From: an uncultured Verrucomicrobiae bacterium
GTDB lineage: Bacteria; Verrucomicrobiota; Verrucomicrobiia; Chthoniobacterales; JAFAMB01
Reading direction: 5' to 3'
DNA length: 64,000 nt
Assembly (NCBI GenBank): GCA_963837955.1
Contig: CAWIPH010000002.1
Location: 4,096,001-4,160,000 of the forward strand
Position numbers and translations under genes: made by a program
Notes under the pieces: model-generated
Database searches by the model: none
Seen by the model: only the letters and a program-made list of their open reading frames with translations
What the model was told of the DNA's origin: nothing
In this document: positions 41,340 through 50,997 of the stretch, in pieces
How the letters are laid out: each line of letters begins with the position of its first letter
Numbering within the stretch: position 1 is the stretch's first letter

Positions 41340-42007
41340 AGCTCATCCTCTTTGATATCGACGGGACGTTGCTGACGACTGACGGCGCAGGGCGCGCCGC
41401 TTTGAGAGCGGCCGGTGCAGATATTTTCGGCATAGAAGAAGACCTCGAAGGCGTGGCCGTCTCGGGGAATACCGATGTTGCGATCGTCCATGAAATCCTG
41501 AAGAAAAACGGGATTCCTGAGTCTGAGGTTAACGTTAATCGCTACCTGGGCGCCTATTTAACCCACCTCAAACAGCGGTTGCTGCAACAGCCTGGCGATA
41601 TCCTACCGGGTGTGGGTAAGCTGCTGGACGCGTGTGCGCGAGGAACTTGCGCAGTGGGACTTCTTACTGGCAATCTGCGGCGCGGTGCCGAAATGAAGCT
41701 TACTGCGCATCGTCTTTGGGATCGGTTCGGAATTGGCGCATTCGCAGATGATAGCCGGGATCGGAATATGCTCGGTCCGATCGCGAAAAGACGCGCAGAA
41801 GCAAAGTTTCAGGCGGCATGCGACGACCTATTCGTTATTGGCGATACTCCGCGCGACATCGCCTGCGGTAAGATTGCCAATGCAACTGTTGTAGCCGTAG
41901 CCACCGGTCGCTACTCTAAGGAAAGTCTGGCGACCCATCAGCCCGATTATCTATTCGAGGATCTAGGCGAAACCGAGACAGTGCTAGCGGCCCTCGGACT
42001 CGAGTAG
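41336..42007 (+). CDS. HAD family hydrolase
   Basis: FDIDGTL, LTGN, IGDTPRD. Confidence 0.92.
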   Translation: MKLILFDIDGTLLTTDGAGRAALRAAGADIFGIEEDLEGVAVSGNTDVAIVHEILKKNGIPESEVNVNRYLGAYLTHLKQRLLQQPGDILPGVGKLLDACARGTCAVGLLTGNLRRGAEMKLTAHRLWDRFGIGAFADDSRDRNMLGPIAKRRAEAKFQAACDDLFVIGDTPRDIACGKIANATVVAVATGRYSKESLATHQPDYLFEDLGETETVLAALGLE

Positions 42008-42132
42008 CTCGTCCGGTAGAAGTGAGCGGAGAGCCAGCGGCAACTATCCCACTCGGGATTTATCTCGGGCGTAGCACGCGTCCCGACGAAGCCGCCTGCG
42101 AGCCCCAGACTAGGACTCCACGTCAGCGTGCT

Positions 42133-42474
42133 TCAGGCGAGCACTGCGACATCCTCGGAGAGCTTGATCGTCCGGCCGTCCGGATCGAGAAAACTGGCAT
42201 ATGGACCATCCAAACGCACGATGACCCCAGCCTCTCTGAGCTTCTCCAGCAGCGTCTCGCGGTCGCGAAGAGCGAGATATAGATGGAAATGACTTTCGAC
42301 TTCGCCGTCTTCACAGGTCCGAAACGAAATAGGCATCCCGCCGATCAGCAAATCGAAGTACCGGTGCTTGCGCTCACTGATGATCCCTCCTCCGAGCAGG
42401 CGAGTGTAAAAATCGCGCACCTCGCGCCATTTATTAGTAAAAACGGTGATGCAATAGAGCCGGGGGTAGCGCAT
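42133..42474 (-). CDS. VOC/glyoxalase family protein
   Basis: RDFYTRLLG ... FLDPDGRTIKL. Confidence 0.8.
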   Translation of the reverse strand: MRYPRLYCITVFTNKWREVRDFYTRLLGGGIISERKHRYFDLLIGGMPISFRTCEDGEVESHFHLYLALRDRETLLEKLREAGVIVRLDGPYASFLDPDGRTIKLSEDVAVLA

Positions 42475-42662
42475 TGTCTGTTTTCGTGGAGAACCGAGCT
42501 TGCGTTTCAGGACCATAGCATTTTGCTCTGAGAAATATCTAAATTACTGCATTTATAGTAAACATAATGCTACCGCAGCCCCTCGGTTCGGAGCAACCCT
42601 TAATTTTGAGCCAGGGTTTCCCGTTGCTGCCTCGCTCAAACGATGCTATACCTCGGCCTCTC

Positions 42663-42980
42663 ATGGCGGTTGAACTCTTGGAACTTCGAGGCGAGATCGA
42701 TCTGAATGAAAAGCCGAACGTTACGGCTCGATTGGATCCGCTTATCGAAAAACAAAGCCCCGCGATCGTCGTAGATCTATCCGAAGTCTCCTATGTCGAT
42801 AGCTCAGGGCTAGCTATTTTCATAGACGCGCTCCAAAGGATCCAAAATTACGGCGGCAAGCTGGCCCTCGCCGGTCTCCGCGGTAATGTCGCGATGGTTT
42901 TTCAAATCGCTCGACTCGACAAAGTTTTTCTGATCTTCGGAGATCGCGAAAGCGCCGTTAATGCGGTCGCTCACCCCTAA
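42663..42980 (+). CDS. STAS-domain anti-sigma factor antagonist
   Basis: GEID, VDLSEVSYVDSSGL, FQIARLD. Confidence 0.93.
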   Translation: MAVELLELRGEIDLNEKPNVTARLDPLIEKQSPAIVVDLSEVSYVDSSGLAIFIDALQRIQNYGGKLALAGLRGNVAMVFQIARLDKVFLIFGDRESAVNAVAHP

Positions 42981-43036
42981 ACGGGCTCTCCCGCCCGAGA
43001 TTTCTTCTTTGACCTATTGTAGACTCATCGGATCCC

Positions 43037-44035
43037 ATGCTTCCTTGGTTTCAGTCTGGTCACATTCCTCTCTACCTGGCACCGATGGCCGGAGTGACCG
43101 ATTCTATTTTTCGACGGCTGTGCAAAGAACAAGGTGCTGATGTTGTCGTGACCGAGTTCGTTTCGGCCGACGGCATTCTTCATCGCAACCAGCGCACCCG
43201 CGAGATGGTCGCGTTTCGACCGGAAGAACGCCCGGTGGGAGTGCAGCTCTTTGGAGCGGATGCCGAAAAAATGGCGGACGCCGCCAGAGCGGTGGTAGAC
43301 TGGGTACAACCTGATTTCATCGATCTAAACTTTGGCTGCCCGGTTAACAAAGTAGTTTCTCGTCATGGCGGCTCGGCTCTCCTGCGAGACTGCCCGCTTC
43401 TGGAGAAAGTCGCGTCCCACGTCGTTAAGGCGCTGCCCGTGCCCGTAACTGCCAAGATTCGGCTCGGTTGGGATGCCTCTTCGGTCAATGCGCTCCAGAC
43501 GGCTCGCATTCTGGAGGACGCCGGAATCTGCGCGCTGGCAGTGCACGGCCGAACCAAGGAACAGGGATACTCCGGATCTGCTGATTGGGAGGAAATCGGG
43601 CGTGTTGCCCAGGCAGTATCGATCCCGGTTATCGGTAATGGCGACTTGCGCTCCGTGGAAGAAGTCGTTGACCGGTTAACCCAGACGAAAGTAAAGGCGG
43701 TGATGCTCGGTCGGGCCGTAATGACCAGCCCCTGGTTGTTTCGTCAAATCAAGTCGTTTTTGAGTTCCAAGGTTTTACTTCCTGAACCGTCCCTGGAAGA
43801 GCGATGGGCTCATGTGCTCCGGCACTGTCGACTCGCTGTGCAGGAAACCGGTTCGGAGCGATTTGCCATTTCATCGCTGCGGGGCCGTTTGATGGCTTAC
43901 TCGAAAGGGATGCCGGAGAGCAGATCTTTGCGCGAAGCATTCCAACAAGTGACGTCGATCGCTGAGATCGAGGCTATCGCCTCTCGACATCTGGAGGATC
44001 AGCACAGGCGCAAACCTGTGCTGGTGGCTGTTTAA
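43037..44035 (+). CDS. dusB: tRNA-dihydrouridine synthase B
   Basis: LAPMAGVTD, DLNFGCP, KIRLGW, HGRT, GNGD. Confidence 0.93.
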   Translation: MLPWFQSGHIPLYLAPMAGVTDSIFRRLCKEQGADVVVTEFVSADGILHRNQRTREMVAFRPEERPVGVQLFGADAEKMADAARAVVDWVQPDFIDLNFGCPVNKVVSRHGGSALLRDCPLLEKVASHVVKALPVPVTAKIRLGWDASSVNALQTARILEDAGICALAVHGRTKEQGYSGSADWEEIGRVAQAVSIPVIGNGDLRSVEEVVDRLTQTKVKAVMLGRAVMTSPWLFRQIKSFLSSKVLLPEPSLEERWAHVLRHCRLAVQETGSERFAISSLRGRLMAYSKGMPESRSLREAFQQVTSIAEIEAIASRHLEDQHRRKPVLVAV

Positions 44036-44105
44036 ACCATCGGACACGTCCCTCCGGGACTGATTTCCGCCTGGAACACCTCCGCGTTCTTTCGAAAAAA
44101 GTGGA

Positions 44106-44804
44106 ATGTCGACCGGCTTTACGATTGCCGATTGTACTGACAGGCGGCAACATGCGTGCGTGGTGGAACGATTGCCCGGAGCGAAGTTCTCTTGCTCGCT
44201 TCGGTTCGAGCGAAATCTTTACAAACAAGGACTCGATCGCATCGCCGGAGTCGACGAGGCAGGACGAGGGCCGTTAGCGGGACCAGTAGTCGCCGCTGCA
44301 GTAATACTACCGCTAAACTTTCGTCTTCGCGGGCTAAACGACTCAAAACAGCTCTCTCCTTTGGTCCGGGAAACCTACTATCAAGAGCTGGTTTCGAATC
44401 CGGCAATTGTCTTCGGTGTCGGCTGGGCTTCGGTTTCAGAAATCGATACTATCAATATCCTGCGTGCAACGCACTTAGCGATGCAGCGAGCTGTGGCTGG
44501 TTTGATGTCTCCTCCGGAACATCTGCTGATCGACGGGTTGCCGGTGGCGGCTTTTTCTCTTCCCCAGACGGCTATTGTCGACGGCGATGCGAGATCGTTC
44601 AGCATTGCTGCGGCCAGTGTCATTGCGAAAGTTACTCGCGACCGTATGATGATCAGCTGGCATGAGGAGTTTCCGGTTTACGAATTTGCTCGGAACAAAG
44701 GGTATGGCACGCCAGAACACCTGGAGAAATTGCGGTCTCATGGCCCTTGTCATCTCCACCGCCGAACGTTCGGCCCGGTGGCTCAAACCTATCTTCCGTT
44801 TTAG
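44106..44804 (+). CDS. rnhB: Ribonuclease HII
   Basis: GVDEAGRGPLAGPV, DSK, IAAASVIAKVTRD, KGYGT; start uncertain. Confidence 0.97.
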   Translation: MSTGFTIADCTDRRQHACVVERLPGAKFSCSLRFERNLYKQGLDRIAGVDEAGRGPLAGPVVAAAVILPLNFRLRGLNDSKQLSPLVRETYYQELVSNPAIVFGVGWASVSEIDTINILRATHLAMQRAVAGLMSPPEHLLIDGLPVAAFSLPQTAIVDGDARSFSIAAASVIAKVTRDRMMISWHEEFPVYEFARNKGYGTPEHLEKLRSHGPCHLHRRTFGPVAQTYLPF

Positions 44805-45213
44805 ACGTTATCTTCTCCCAGGCGCATCGGGACCGCCCCACCTGCGCTTGGGAAAACGAGGAGAGAAGATAGCCGTCAGCTTTTTGCGAAAGTCGAACTA
44901 CAAAATTCTCTTTCGTAATTTCCGAGCCCACTCTGGAGGTGAAGTCGATCTGGTCTGCCGTGATCGGCGCGCTAAAGTCCTGGTGTTTGTGGAAGTCAAA
45001 ACGAGAACGACCGACCTCTTTGGCGATCCCCACGAGGCCGTCACCCTTCGGCAACAAGACAGCATCATCCGGGCGGCGAAGGAATGGCTCCGCCTGCTGG
45101 ATGACCAAGAAATCCCTTACCGGTTCGACATTGTCGAAATCATTATGGAGCCGCAACGAGAAGTGCGCTTGATCCGCAACGCGTTTCAGATCCGCGACGA
45201 TATCTATTTCTGA
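44740..45213 (+). CDS. yraN: YraN family (UPF0102) endonuclease-like protein
   Basis: GKRGE, RNFR, GEVDL, FVEVKTR, RFD; start uncertain (44740-44850). Confidence 0.9.
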   Translation: MALVISTAERSARWLKPIFRFRRYLLPGASGPPHLRLGKRGEKIAVSFLRKSNYKILFRNFRAHSGGEVDLVCRDRRAKVLVFVEVKTRTTDLFGDPHEAVTLRQQDSIIRAAKEWLRLLDDQEIPYRFDIVEIIMEPQREVRLIRNAFQIRDDIYF

Positions 45214-45216
45214 AAC

Positions 45217-46290
45217 GTGATGGAGTTCATCGATTACCTCATTGTAGGCCAAGGACTCGCCGGCAGCCTCCTGGCCCTCTTGTTGGGCGAACGAGGTCGC
45301 TCCGTGTTGGTAATTGATAACGCTCATCGCCATGCTGCATCCAAAGCAGCCGGCGGAATTATCAACCCGATAACCGGAAAACGTTTGAATCGGCCTGCTT
45401 TGATCAGGGAGCTGATGAAGGAAGTTTTTTCGGCTTACCCAAGGATTGAATCAAAGCTCGGTGTACCGCTCTTTCGACAACGGACAGTATTGCGCCTTCT
45501 CCAAAACGCCGAAGAAGTGGAACGCTGGAACCGGCAAGCTGATTTGCCGGAATATCAAGAATTCCTTTCCGAGCGCCAGCCTAGCCCGTTCCCTCTGTTC
45601 CAAAATAGGTTTGGTGTGTTTGAGGTCACTCAGGCTGCCCAGCTGGACATCCGGCGTCTCATTCAGCGTGCCAGAGAATTCCTGCTCGCTCAACAGGCGC
45701 TGATCGATCAGCCGTTTCACTATAACAGGCTGAACATTCTTCCTGATCGCATTCGGTGGGAGCGGTTCACAGCCCGATATGCGATCTTTTGTGAAGGTTA
45801 TCGAATGGTGCGCAATCCTTATTTCGGCGAAATCGAGCTAAACCCAGCAAAAGGCGAGACGCTGACCTTGGCATCTTCGGGCTTCACAGAAGAGAGAATC
45901 GTTCAGCACGGAAAGTGGATTTTTCGAAACCTGGCCGGAGAAATCCTGGCTGGCACAAACTATCGATGGGATTCGCTTGACGAGAGACCGACCAAGGCGG
46001 CTAAAACGGAGATCGAGGGCGCAATCCGCGAATTTTTCCTTTCCGAATTCGAAACAGTCGAACAGCGAGCAGGCGTTCGTCCGGTAACTCGCGTGGATAA
46101 TCGGCCGGTGGTCGGAGCTCATCCGCGATGGCCGCGGCTGGCAATCTTGAATGGTCTCGGATCCAAGGGCGCCCTGCAGGCGCCGTTCGCCGCCAAACAA
46201 TTGATCGAGGCCCTCGAAGAAGGGAGACCGATCCCGCAAGAAATTGATATATGTCGTCCATCCCTCTGGAAGTCAGCGAGACGAAATTGA
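45217..46290 (+). CDS. FAD-dependent oxidoreductase (DAO/glycine-oxidase family, resembling the MnmC oxidase domain)
   Basis: IVGQGLAG, AS..AGG, KGE, AGVRP, NGLGSKG. Confidence 0.85.
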   Translation: MMEFIDYLIVGQGLAGSLLALLLGERGRSVLVIDNAHRHAASKAAGGIINPITGKRLNRPALIRELMKEVFSAYPRIESKLGVPLFRQRTVLRLLQNAEEVERWNRQADLPEYQEFLSERQPSPFPLFQNRFGVFEVTQAAQLDIRRLIQRAREFLLAQQALIDQPFHYNRLNILPDRIRWERFTARYAIFCEGYRMVRNPYFGEIELNPAKGETLTLASSGFTEERIVQHGKWIFRNLAGEILAGTNYRWDSLDERPTKAAKTEIEGAIREFFLSEFETVEQRAGVRPVTRVDNRPVVGAHPRWPRLAILNGLGSKGALQAPFAAKQLIEALEEGRPIPQEIDICRPSLWKSARRN

Positions 46291-46844
46291 CCCGGGTAGC
46301 GGCGGAATGGATTTCTGGCGCGTTAAGCGACAGCTCTCTGGCTATCGATGCGACCGTCGGAAATGGATATGACACCCTTTTCCTCGCTCACGCGGTTGGG
46401 GTATCGGGACAGGTAATCGGATTCGATATTCAAAAAGCTGCCTTAAAGAACGCATCCGAGTTATTGCGCTTCACCGGCATGATCGATCGTGTTCGATTGG
46501 TATTAGGTTGTCATTCAGGAATCGAGGCTCATCTGCGGAACGGCCGACCCGCCCAGGCCGCCATGTTCAATTTGGGCCACCTGCCCAGAGGCGATAGGTC
46601 CGTTATAACGAGAGCGGCCACAACTCTTCCAGCTCTTGAGGGGTTGCTTCGTCATTTAAGTACCGCCGGCCGAGTCACGATTCTCTCCTATCGAGGCCAT
46701 GCCGGGGGCCCAGAGGAGTACGAAGAAGTAAAACGTTACCTGGATTCCGCGAAAAATCTTTCTGTCCGCGAGATCGCCAGCCAGTTCGATTCTGAAATCG
46801 CACCTCGGCTTTTTCTGTTGGAGAAGGGATCCGATTCCAGGTGA
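46251..46844 (+). CDS. YtqB/MnmM-like SAM-dependent methyltransferase
   Basis: IDATVGNGYDTLFLA, FDIQ, MFNLGHLP.GD, Y.GH.GG..E. Confidence 0.88.
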   Translation: MSSIPLEVSETKLTRVAAEWISGALSDSSLAIDATVGNGYDTLFLAHAVGVSGQVIGFDIQKAALKNASELLRFTGMIDRVRLVLGCHSGIEAHLRNGRPAQAAMFNLGHLPRGDRSVITRAATTLPALEGLLRHLSTAGRVTILSYRGHAGGPEEYEEVKRYLDSAKNLSVREIASQFDSEIAPRLFLLEKGSDSR

Positions 46845-47036
46845 GCCGGCGTTGCGAGGGAGAGAATCATTTGCCTAAGCGTTTGATAGGGGTCAAAACC
46901 GAGGGCTCAGGGCTGGAGACTTCAAGGAGGTTTGGTTGTCCATCGGCCGCCTGCTTACATGTCATCACAGCCGTTTTTTGCCTGTCGAGTTTGACATTTG
47001 CGCCGACCTGATGGATTACTGTCCTCGTTGTTACTG

Positions 47037-47098
47037 ATGAGGGTTTCACCCGGAGCGAAAGCTTCAGGGTGAGCACAAGTGAAAGGTGAAACCCTTAT
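47037..47098 (+). promoter_or_regulatory. Structured leader with alternative stems covering the RBS and start codon
   Basis: ATGAGGGTTTCACC (47037-47050) pairs with GGTGAAACCCTTAT (47085-47098); a competing hairpin TCACCC-GGAGC-GAAA-GCTTC-A-GGGTGA shares TCACC. Confidence 0.5.
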
Positions 47099-47369
47099 GG
47101 AACACGAAACAGTAAGAAAAGAAGTCGCAGGGACTAAGCGCACACTCACGGTGCTGGCCGGCTCCAGCGCCCTAATCGGGGTGATTGCAGCTATCGTCCG
47201 GGCTGTCGCAGGATCGCAAATCCGCGATTATACGCATCCGCTTATCGGGCTGCTGGGCATCGGAATGATTCTCAGTCTGTTCGTCGCGCTCCTTGCCCTC
47301 AATACGAGGCTGCAGGTGGCGTTCGACGAGTCAGCCTATGACCAAGCGACAGAAAATGAACCAAGCTAA
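47097..47369 (+). CDS. Small 2-TM membrane protein
   Basis: Two hydrophobic segments; GAAAGG RBS. Confidence 0.6.
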   Translation: MEHETVRKEVAGTKRTLTVLAGSSALIGVIAAIVRAVAGSQIRDYTHPLIGLLGIGMILSLFVALLALNTRLQVAFDESAYDQATENEPS

Positions 47370-47643
47370 AAGCGGAACAACCATGTTCCCCCCTCCCCTG
47401 GAACTAAACGAAAAATCAGAACAAAACGGAGGGAAAATGGATCTATATACCTTAGTTATCGCAAAGAGCTTCGGGGAACCGAAGACTGGCACATCAATCA
47501 ACGAAGAACGCGCGCCTCAGCAGGAAGCACCCTTGCCGCCAATCGACTTCAGCTTGCTGGCTGAAGTGCGTCGGGGACAGTGCGAGGAAGCCGATCGCGA
47601 AGGCCGATATGTCGCCGGCGAGCCGATTCGAGCAACCGCTTAA
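47356..47643 (+). CDS. Small hypothetical protein
   Basis: ATG overlapping the end of the upstream gene; alternative ATG at 47437 follows GGAGG. Confidence 0.35.
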   Translation: MNQAKSGTTMFPPPLELNEKSEQNGGKMDLYTLVIAKSFGEPKTGTSINEERAPQQEAPLPPIDFSLLAEVRRGQCEEADREGRYVAGEPIRATA

Positions 47644-47915
47644 TCGTCAGCCATGAAACCTGGTACGCCGGAACTGCCTGCCAGCTTAAGGCAGGCAGAC
47701 GCCGGCGAGACCGGCGTCGAATAGACCAGTAAACATCGCCACTAGCAGATTTTAGCTGTCGGCGATTGCCTCTTTCACCCAACTGCGCAGCGGACCCGAA
47801 TTTAGGGGAGCGTATTCGCAATCCACTCGCGGTTCAATCTTCCGCCGCAGAAAACTCAAGCTCGCACGATGCCTCGAGCCGGGGTATTGATCTGTCTCGG
47901 AACGACGTTTTGATC

Positions 47916-48488
47916 ATGAAGTATTTGCTCCCTTTGCTTCTTCTCTTTGCAAACGTCTGCACCGGTCGAGCCGAACAAGTTTTAGAAGGGTACGCTGTTC
48001 TCAGAGGGAAGGATTACGCGTTCCAATTGAAGGCCCCAAGGAACTGGGTGCTGGATAACGACTCGGGCCGCGACCAAGGATTGAACGTAGTTTTCTACCC
48101 GAAAGACTCTAGCTGGGCATCCAGTTCCGCAATTTGTTACGCGCGGGTCCGGACCCTCGATGACGCCGTGAAGACTATTGAGGATCAAGTCAAAGATACG
48201 TTGAAGACGTTTCGCGAGAGCGGCAGCATCGGGATTCAGGCAAAGTACGTAAAGACCCTCACGACCCGGGACGCCAGTAAAGCCAAGATCTATTACTTTT
48301 CCGGCGACAAGTTCGGGAATTACCAGGCGACCGCTTACTATCAGACCAAAGACTCAATTCACTTCGTCACCTTGTCCTGTCCCAGCCGAGAAAGCTTCGA
48401 GTATTCGCTGGCTGCTTTCGACGCCCTAGTCACTTCGTACGAAGATTTGGTCAAAGCCTCAGCGACCGATTCTAATTCACCAAGGTAA
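47916..48488 (+). CDS. Secreted hypothetical protein
   Basis: MKYLLPLLLLFANVCTGRA signal peptide. Confidence 0.65.
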   Translation: MKYLLPLLLLFANVCTGRAEQVLEGYAVLRGKDYAFQLKAPRNWVLDNDSGRDQGLNVVFYPKDSSWASSSAICYARVRTLDDAVKTIEDQVKDTLKTFRESGSIGIQAKYVKTLTTRDASKAKIYYFSGDKFGNYQATAYYQTKDSIHFVTLSCPSRESFEYSLAAFDALVTSYEDLVKASATDSNSPR

Positions 48489-48493
48489 CGCAC

Positions 48494-48721
48494 TTACGTA
48501 CCTTTTGAGCGAAGACCAACGACAATCAGGAAAACTCCGCCGCCAATTGCGATCCAGCCAAGTATTGGCGGTATCGGAACGGTCTCATGCTCCCTTGCGG
48601 TTGCTTGGATGGGACCCAAATCGAGCACCTTCTTTTGGGTGGTGTAAGTAAATCCCTGATAAACAAGCGCGGCCGCTCCGAGTATGATCAATACAACGCC
48701 GGCCAGTAGCATCATCTTCAC
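48494..48721 (-). CDS. Small membrane protein (DUF3185-like)
   Basis: GVVLIILG..YQGFTYT..KKVLDLGPIQAT..ETVPIPPILG. Confidence 0.8.
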   Translation of the reverse strand: MKMMLLAGVVLIILGAAALVYQGFTYTTQKKVLDLGPIQATAREHETVPIPPILGWIAIGGGVFLIVVGLRSKGT

Positions 48722-48915
48722 CGAGTCTCTTCTACACACGAGAGTTTTGTCCGTCAGCAAGAAAGAATCTGTCTGCAACGTGCTTGACCCTTGGTGCGTC
48801 TGAGGAAATCGCAGCGTCATAACGGGGTGCTAGCAGCGCATGAGGACTAGGAACAGTGGGATTTCTCGTTGCCGCCTGGCGAAGACATGCATCACTCGCA
48901 TATTAAGGCTTCCAT

Positions 48916-49338
48916 ATGAACGTTTGGCCTGTGCTGACCTTGGTTTCTCTCTTGATGCTCCCAGCTTCCACTCGCGCAACCGAAGAACCCGATCCCACGC
49001 AAATCGCAGTCCGAATCGCTAAGCAATGGCTGAATCTGCTCGATTCGGGGAAGTACAACCAAAGCTGGGATGAAGCCGCCTTACTCTTGAAGACCCAGGT
49101 CCAGGCTGGCCGATGGCGACGCGTAATCCGATCAGTACGTCGTTCCCTGGGCGAAATGCATAAACGAAATTTCGAGAGGGCCAAAGAGAAATATAAGCTT
49201 CCGGGCGAACCAGCTGGAGACTACATAGTGGTACGGTTTGATACCTCTTTCTCGGAAAAACCAGACGCGATCGAAACGGTAACGCTGGCCAAGGATCCGG
49301 ATCAGATCTGGAAAGTGTCTGGGTACTACGTGCGGTAG
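48916..49338 (+). CDS. DUF4019-like secreted protein
   Basis: WLNLLDSGKY..SW, LPGEPAGDY, F.TSF, ETVT, WKVSGYY. Confidence 0.85.
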   Translation: MNVWPVLTLVSLLMLPASTRATEEPDPTQIAVRIAKQWLNLLDSGKYNQSWDEAALLLKTQVQAGRWRRVIRSVRRSLGEMHKRNFERAKEKYKLPGEPAGDYIVVRFDTSFSEKPDAIETVTLAKDPDQIWKVSGYYVR

Positions 49339-49377
49339 TCCGACCATTCGGCTAAGGCTGAATGCTGCAAGGCGACC

Positions 49378-49833
49378 ATGGAAAGCGAACATTTATCAAA
49401 CCGGCTTCAGCGGTACCTTTTCCAGCAAATACCGGTCAGCCGGGCGCTGGGAGTATTGGTCCAAGAAGCAAGCCTGGACGAAATTCTAATCACCGCACCG
49501 CTGGCACCAAACGTAAACCATCACGGGACCGCGTTCGGTGGGAGCGTCAGTGCTGTGGCCATCTTATCAGGGTGGAGCCTGGTCTACGCGCGATTACAAG
49601 CAGAAAATCAATCGCCCACCGTCGTGATCCAACACAACGAGACGCGCTACCTCAAACCGATCGAGGGAAAATTCGCGGCGCGCGCCCGGCTCACACATCC
49701 AGAGAAGTGGCCCCATTTTCTCGAAAGCTTATCTCGCCACGGTAAAGCTCGAACGATCGTAAAGGTCGAGATTGAAGCGGCAGGCGGAGTATCGGCTCTT
49801 TTCCGGGGCACATATGTCGCGCTCCAGTGCTAA
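49378..49833 (+). CDS. YiiD C-terminal-like thioesterase (hotdog fold)
   Basis: APLAPNVNHHGTAFGGS. Confidence 0.9.
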   Translation: MESEHLSNRLQRYLFQQIPVSRALGVLVQEASLDEILITAPLAPNVNHHGTAFGGSVSAVAILSGWSLVYARLQAENQSPTVVIQHNETRYLKPIEGKFAARARLTHPEKWPHFLESLSRHGKARTIVKVEIEAAGGVSALFRGTYVALQC

Positions 49834-49939
49834 TGGTGATCGCTAATTGCTGATTGCTGATCGGGTGTTCAGCGGCGACGCGTCCGACCAAGCCTGTGGT
49901 GATAGTTCGAACTGCCGGCGAAAGGGATTCGCGAAGTCG

Positions 49940-50125
49940 GAAGCTGCGATTCAGGATAGCCTAGAGGGCGAAGCCCTAGGAGTCCAATCGATGATTGACG
50001 GTGAGGGCGGAGAGCGCCGACTTGTCCGCCGAAGCGTTCGTTGCAATGACCAGTGGTGCGGATTCTTTGCGAAGGCGGAAGGCGCGCGTCACGACAGCCT
50101 AGAGGCTATCCTGAATCGCAGCTTC
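49940..50125. repeat. 186-bp element bounded by perfect 23-bp inverted repeats (MITE-like or structured RNA)
   Basis: GAAGCTGCGATTCAGGATAGCCT (49940-49962) and AGGCTATCCTGAATCGCAGCTTC (50103-50125). Confidence 0.8.
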
Positions 50126-50226
50126 GCCGCTGTCCACGCTTGGTGAATAGTGGACTACTACGGTTGGTCAGCGATATAGCGTCATGCAAGTTTTGAATCC
50201 GACCCTAAACCTGAGAGAGATTTTTC

Positions 50227-50997
50227 GTGGTTGATTGGAACGCATCTTTGTATCTGCGCTTTGAGCAAGAGCGCACCCAGCCTAGCCGCGATCTGTTGGC
50301 CCGCGTCACTATCAACGAACCGCGAGAGATTGTTGATCTCGGATGTGGACCCGGCAATAGCACATCTATCCTGCGCGAGCGTTGGCCCTCGGCAAAAATA
50401 ATCGGCATTGATAATTCGCCGGCAATGTTGGAACAGGCAAAAAAAACTGACCCTACAACGGAATGGCTCTGCGCAGACATTGGCGCGTGGCGATCATCCA
50501 GCAAAGTCGATTTGGTTTTCGCGAATGCTTCTCTGCATTGGCTCCAGAATCACTCATCACTTTTGAAATCGCTCATGCAACAACTTAAACCCGGTGGAAC
50601 CCTCGCCTTTCAGATTCCCGCTCTTTACGATCAGCCGGCAACTGCTGCCATTCGTGAGGTTTCTGACCTTAAGGCTTGGAAACGCTACGCGCCAAAATCG
50701 GCCCCGATCGCACATCCGCCCACCGCATACTTCGACTATCTTATGGATGAAGCCGGATCTATCGACCTTTGGGAGACGATCTACTACCATCAACTACCAG
50801 GTCACGCTGCAATCATAGACTGGTATCGGAGTACCGGCTTACGTCCCTATTTAGAGGCTCTTCCAGATGACGCGGCGCGGGAAGCATTCCAAGCCCAGTT
50901 GCTTGGACGATTTCAAAGTCTTTTCCCGCTGCGAGCGAACGGTGACGTGTTGCTTCCCTTTCGCCGCTTATTTGTCGTCGCTATCCGTGCTGATTAA
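50227..50997 (+). CDS. tam: Trans-aconitate 2-methyltransferase
   Basis: W....Y.RF..ERT.P..DLL, DLGCGPGNST, NASLHW, STGLRPYL, F.RLF.VA. Confidence 0.9.
   Translation: MVDWNASLYLRFEQERTQPSRDLLARVTINEPREIVDLGCGPGNSTSILRERWPSAKIIGIDNSPAMLEQAKKTDPTTEWLCADIGAWRSSSKVDLVFANASLHWLQNHSSLLKSLMQQLKPGGTLAFQIPALYDQPATAAIREVSDLKAWKRYAPKSAPIAHPPTAYFDYLMDEAGSIDLWETIYYHQLPGHAAIIDWYRSTGLRPYLEALPDDAAREAFQAQLLGRFQSLFPLRANGDVLLPFRRLFVVAIRAD

Noticed and set aside
44048..44060. GTCCCTCCGGGAC REP-like palindrome
   Set aside because: Single short copy in the window; not enough support.
47034..47062. Hammerhead ribozyme (CTGATGA...GAAA)
   Set aside because: The GGGT/ACCC stem after CTGATGA is followed by GGAG, not GAAA, and I could not build stems I and III.
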